A DNA stretch of 64,000 nucleotides from Nitrosopumilus sp. (lineage in GTDB: Archaea > Thermoproteota > Nitrososphaeria > Nitrososphaerales > Nitrosopumilaceae): positions 1-64,000 of the forward strand of contig OZ241857.1 of assembly GCA_965203315.1 (NCBI GenBank), written 5' to 3'. A program made the position numbers and the translations under genes. Under the pieces are notes generated by a model. The model had not been told where the DNA came from and did not search any database. It saw nothing but the letters and a program-made list of their open reading frames with translations. This document shows, piece after piece, positions 63,684 to 64,000 of the stretch (positions are counted from its first letter, which is position 1; each line of letters opens with the position of its first letter).

Positions 63684-64000
63684 ATGGCAGCAGGTATAGA
63701 CGATATTGCGATATATATTCCGCGACTCTATGTAGACGCATCTGACTTTGCAAATGCTCGGGGCTTGGATCCTATAAAGCTACAAAAGGGACTTGGAATA
63801 TCTCAGATGGCTATAGTCGACGCCAATCAAGATCCTGCAATTCTTGCCGCAAATGCATGTTTGAGGATCATGCAACGAAACAAACTCTCTCCTGAAGATA
63901 TTGGAAGGCTCTATGTCTCTACCGAGTCTTCGTTTGACGAATCAAAGGCCATGAACTCTTATGTTGTAGGGATGTTGGAACAGGTCTATGGCCACGGCGC
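63684..64000 (+). CDS. Hydroxymethylglutaryl-CoA synthase (3' truncated by window edge)
   Basis: MAAGIDDIAIYIPRLY...KGLG...AANA...IGRLYVSTESSFDESK, translated by eye. Confidence 0.9.
   Translation, partial: MAAGIDDIAIYIPRLYVDASDFANARGLDPIKLQKGLGISQMAIVDANQDPAILAANACLRIMQRNKLSPEDIGRLYVSTESSFDESKAMNSYVVGMLEQVYGHG

Noticed and set aside
1-64000. CRISPR array, rRNA, or reverse-transcriptase/DGR system
   Set aside because: No regularly spaced repeats, rRNA-like sequence, cas or RT genes recognised.

Overview
Archaeal chromosomal DNA from an ammonia-oxidiser-type thaumarchaeon (Nitrosopumilaceae-like). The assignment is inferred from the MNNEIGRK.TSL S-layer protein, cupredoxins, PurP, MqnD, type II GAPDH, aEF-1beta, aEF-2 and Cdc48. 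Core content includes hppA, purP, purF-L-Q-S, purE, purK, ilvA, thrC, tatC/tatA, ubiX, thiolase plus DUF35, HMG-CoA synthase and tRNA-Arg(TCT). The window is rich in mobile DNA and long decayed spacers, as in host-associated lineages: one complete IS66, one IS5/ISL2-like element with a frameshift, an IS630 fragment and 11 copies of three MITE families. Top finding: the 4.9-kb S-layer gene is bracketed by a perfect 25-bp inverted repeat (12586-12610 and 17724-17748). The repeat contains the gene's own start codon and has the arm-6bp spacer-arm shape of a tyrosine-recombinase site. A TATA box lies outside the left copy only, which points to an invertible, phase-variable S-layer cassette currently detached from that promoter. 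Also notable are tandem Doc toxins with 36-aa antitoxins missed by the ORF track, two Cys-rich microproteins and an orphan PH-like gene flanked by two MITEs. All calls are by-eye recognition; no searches were run.
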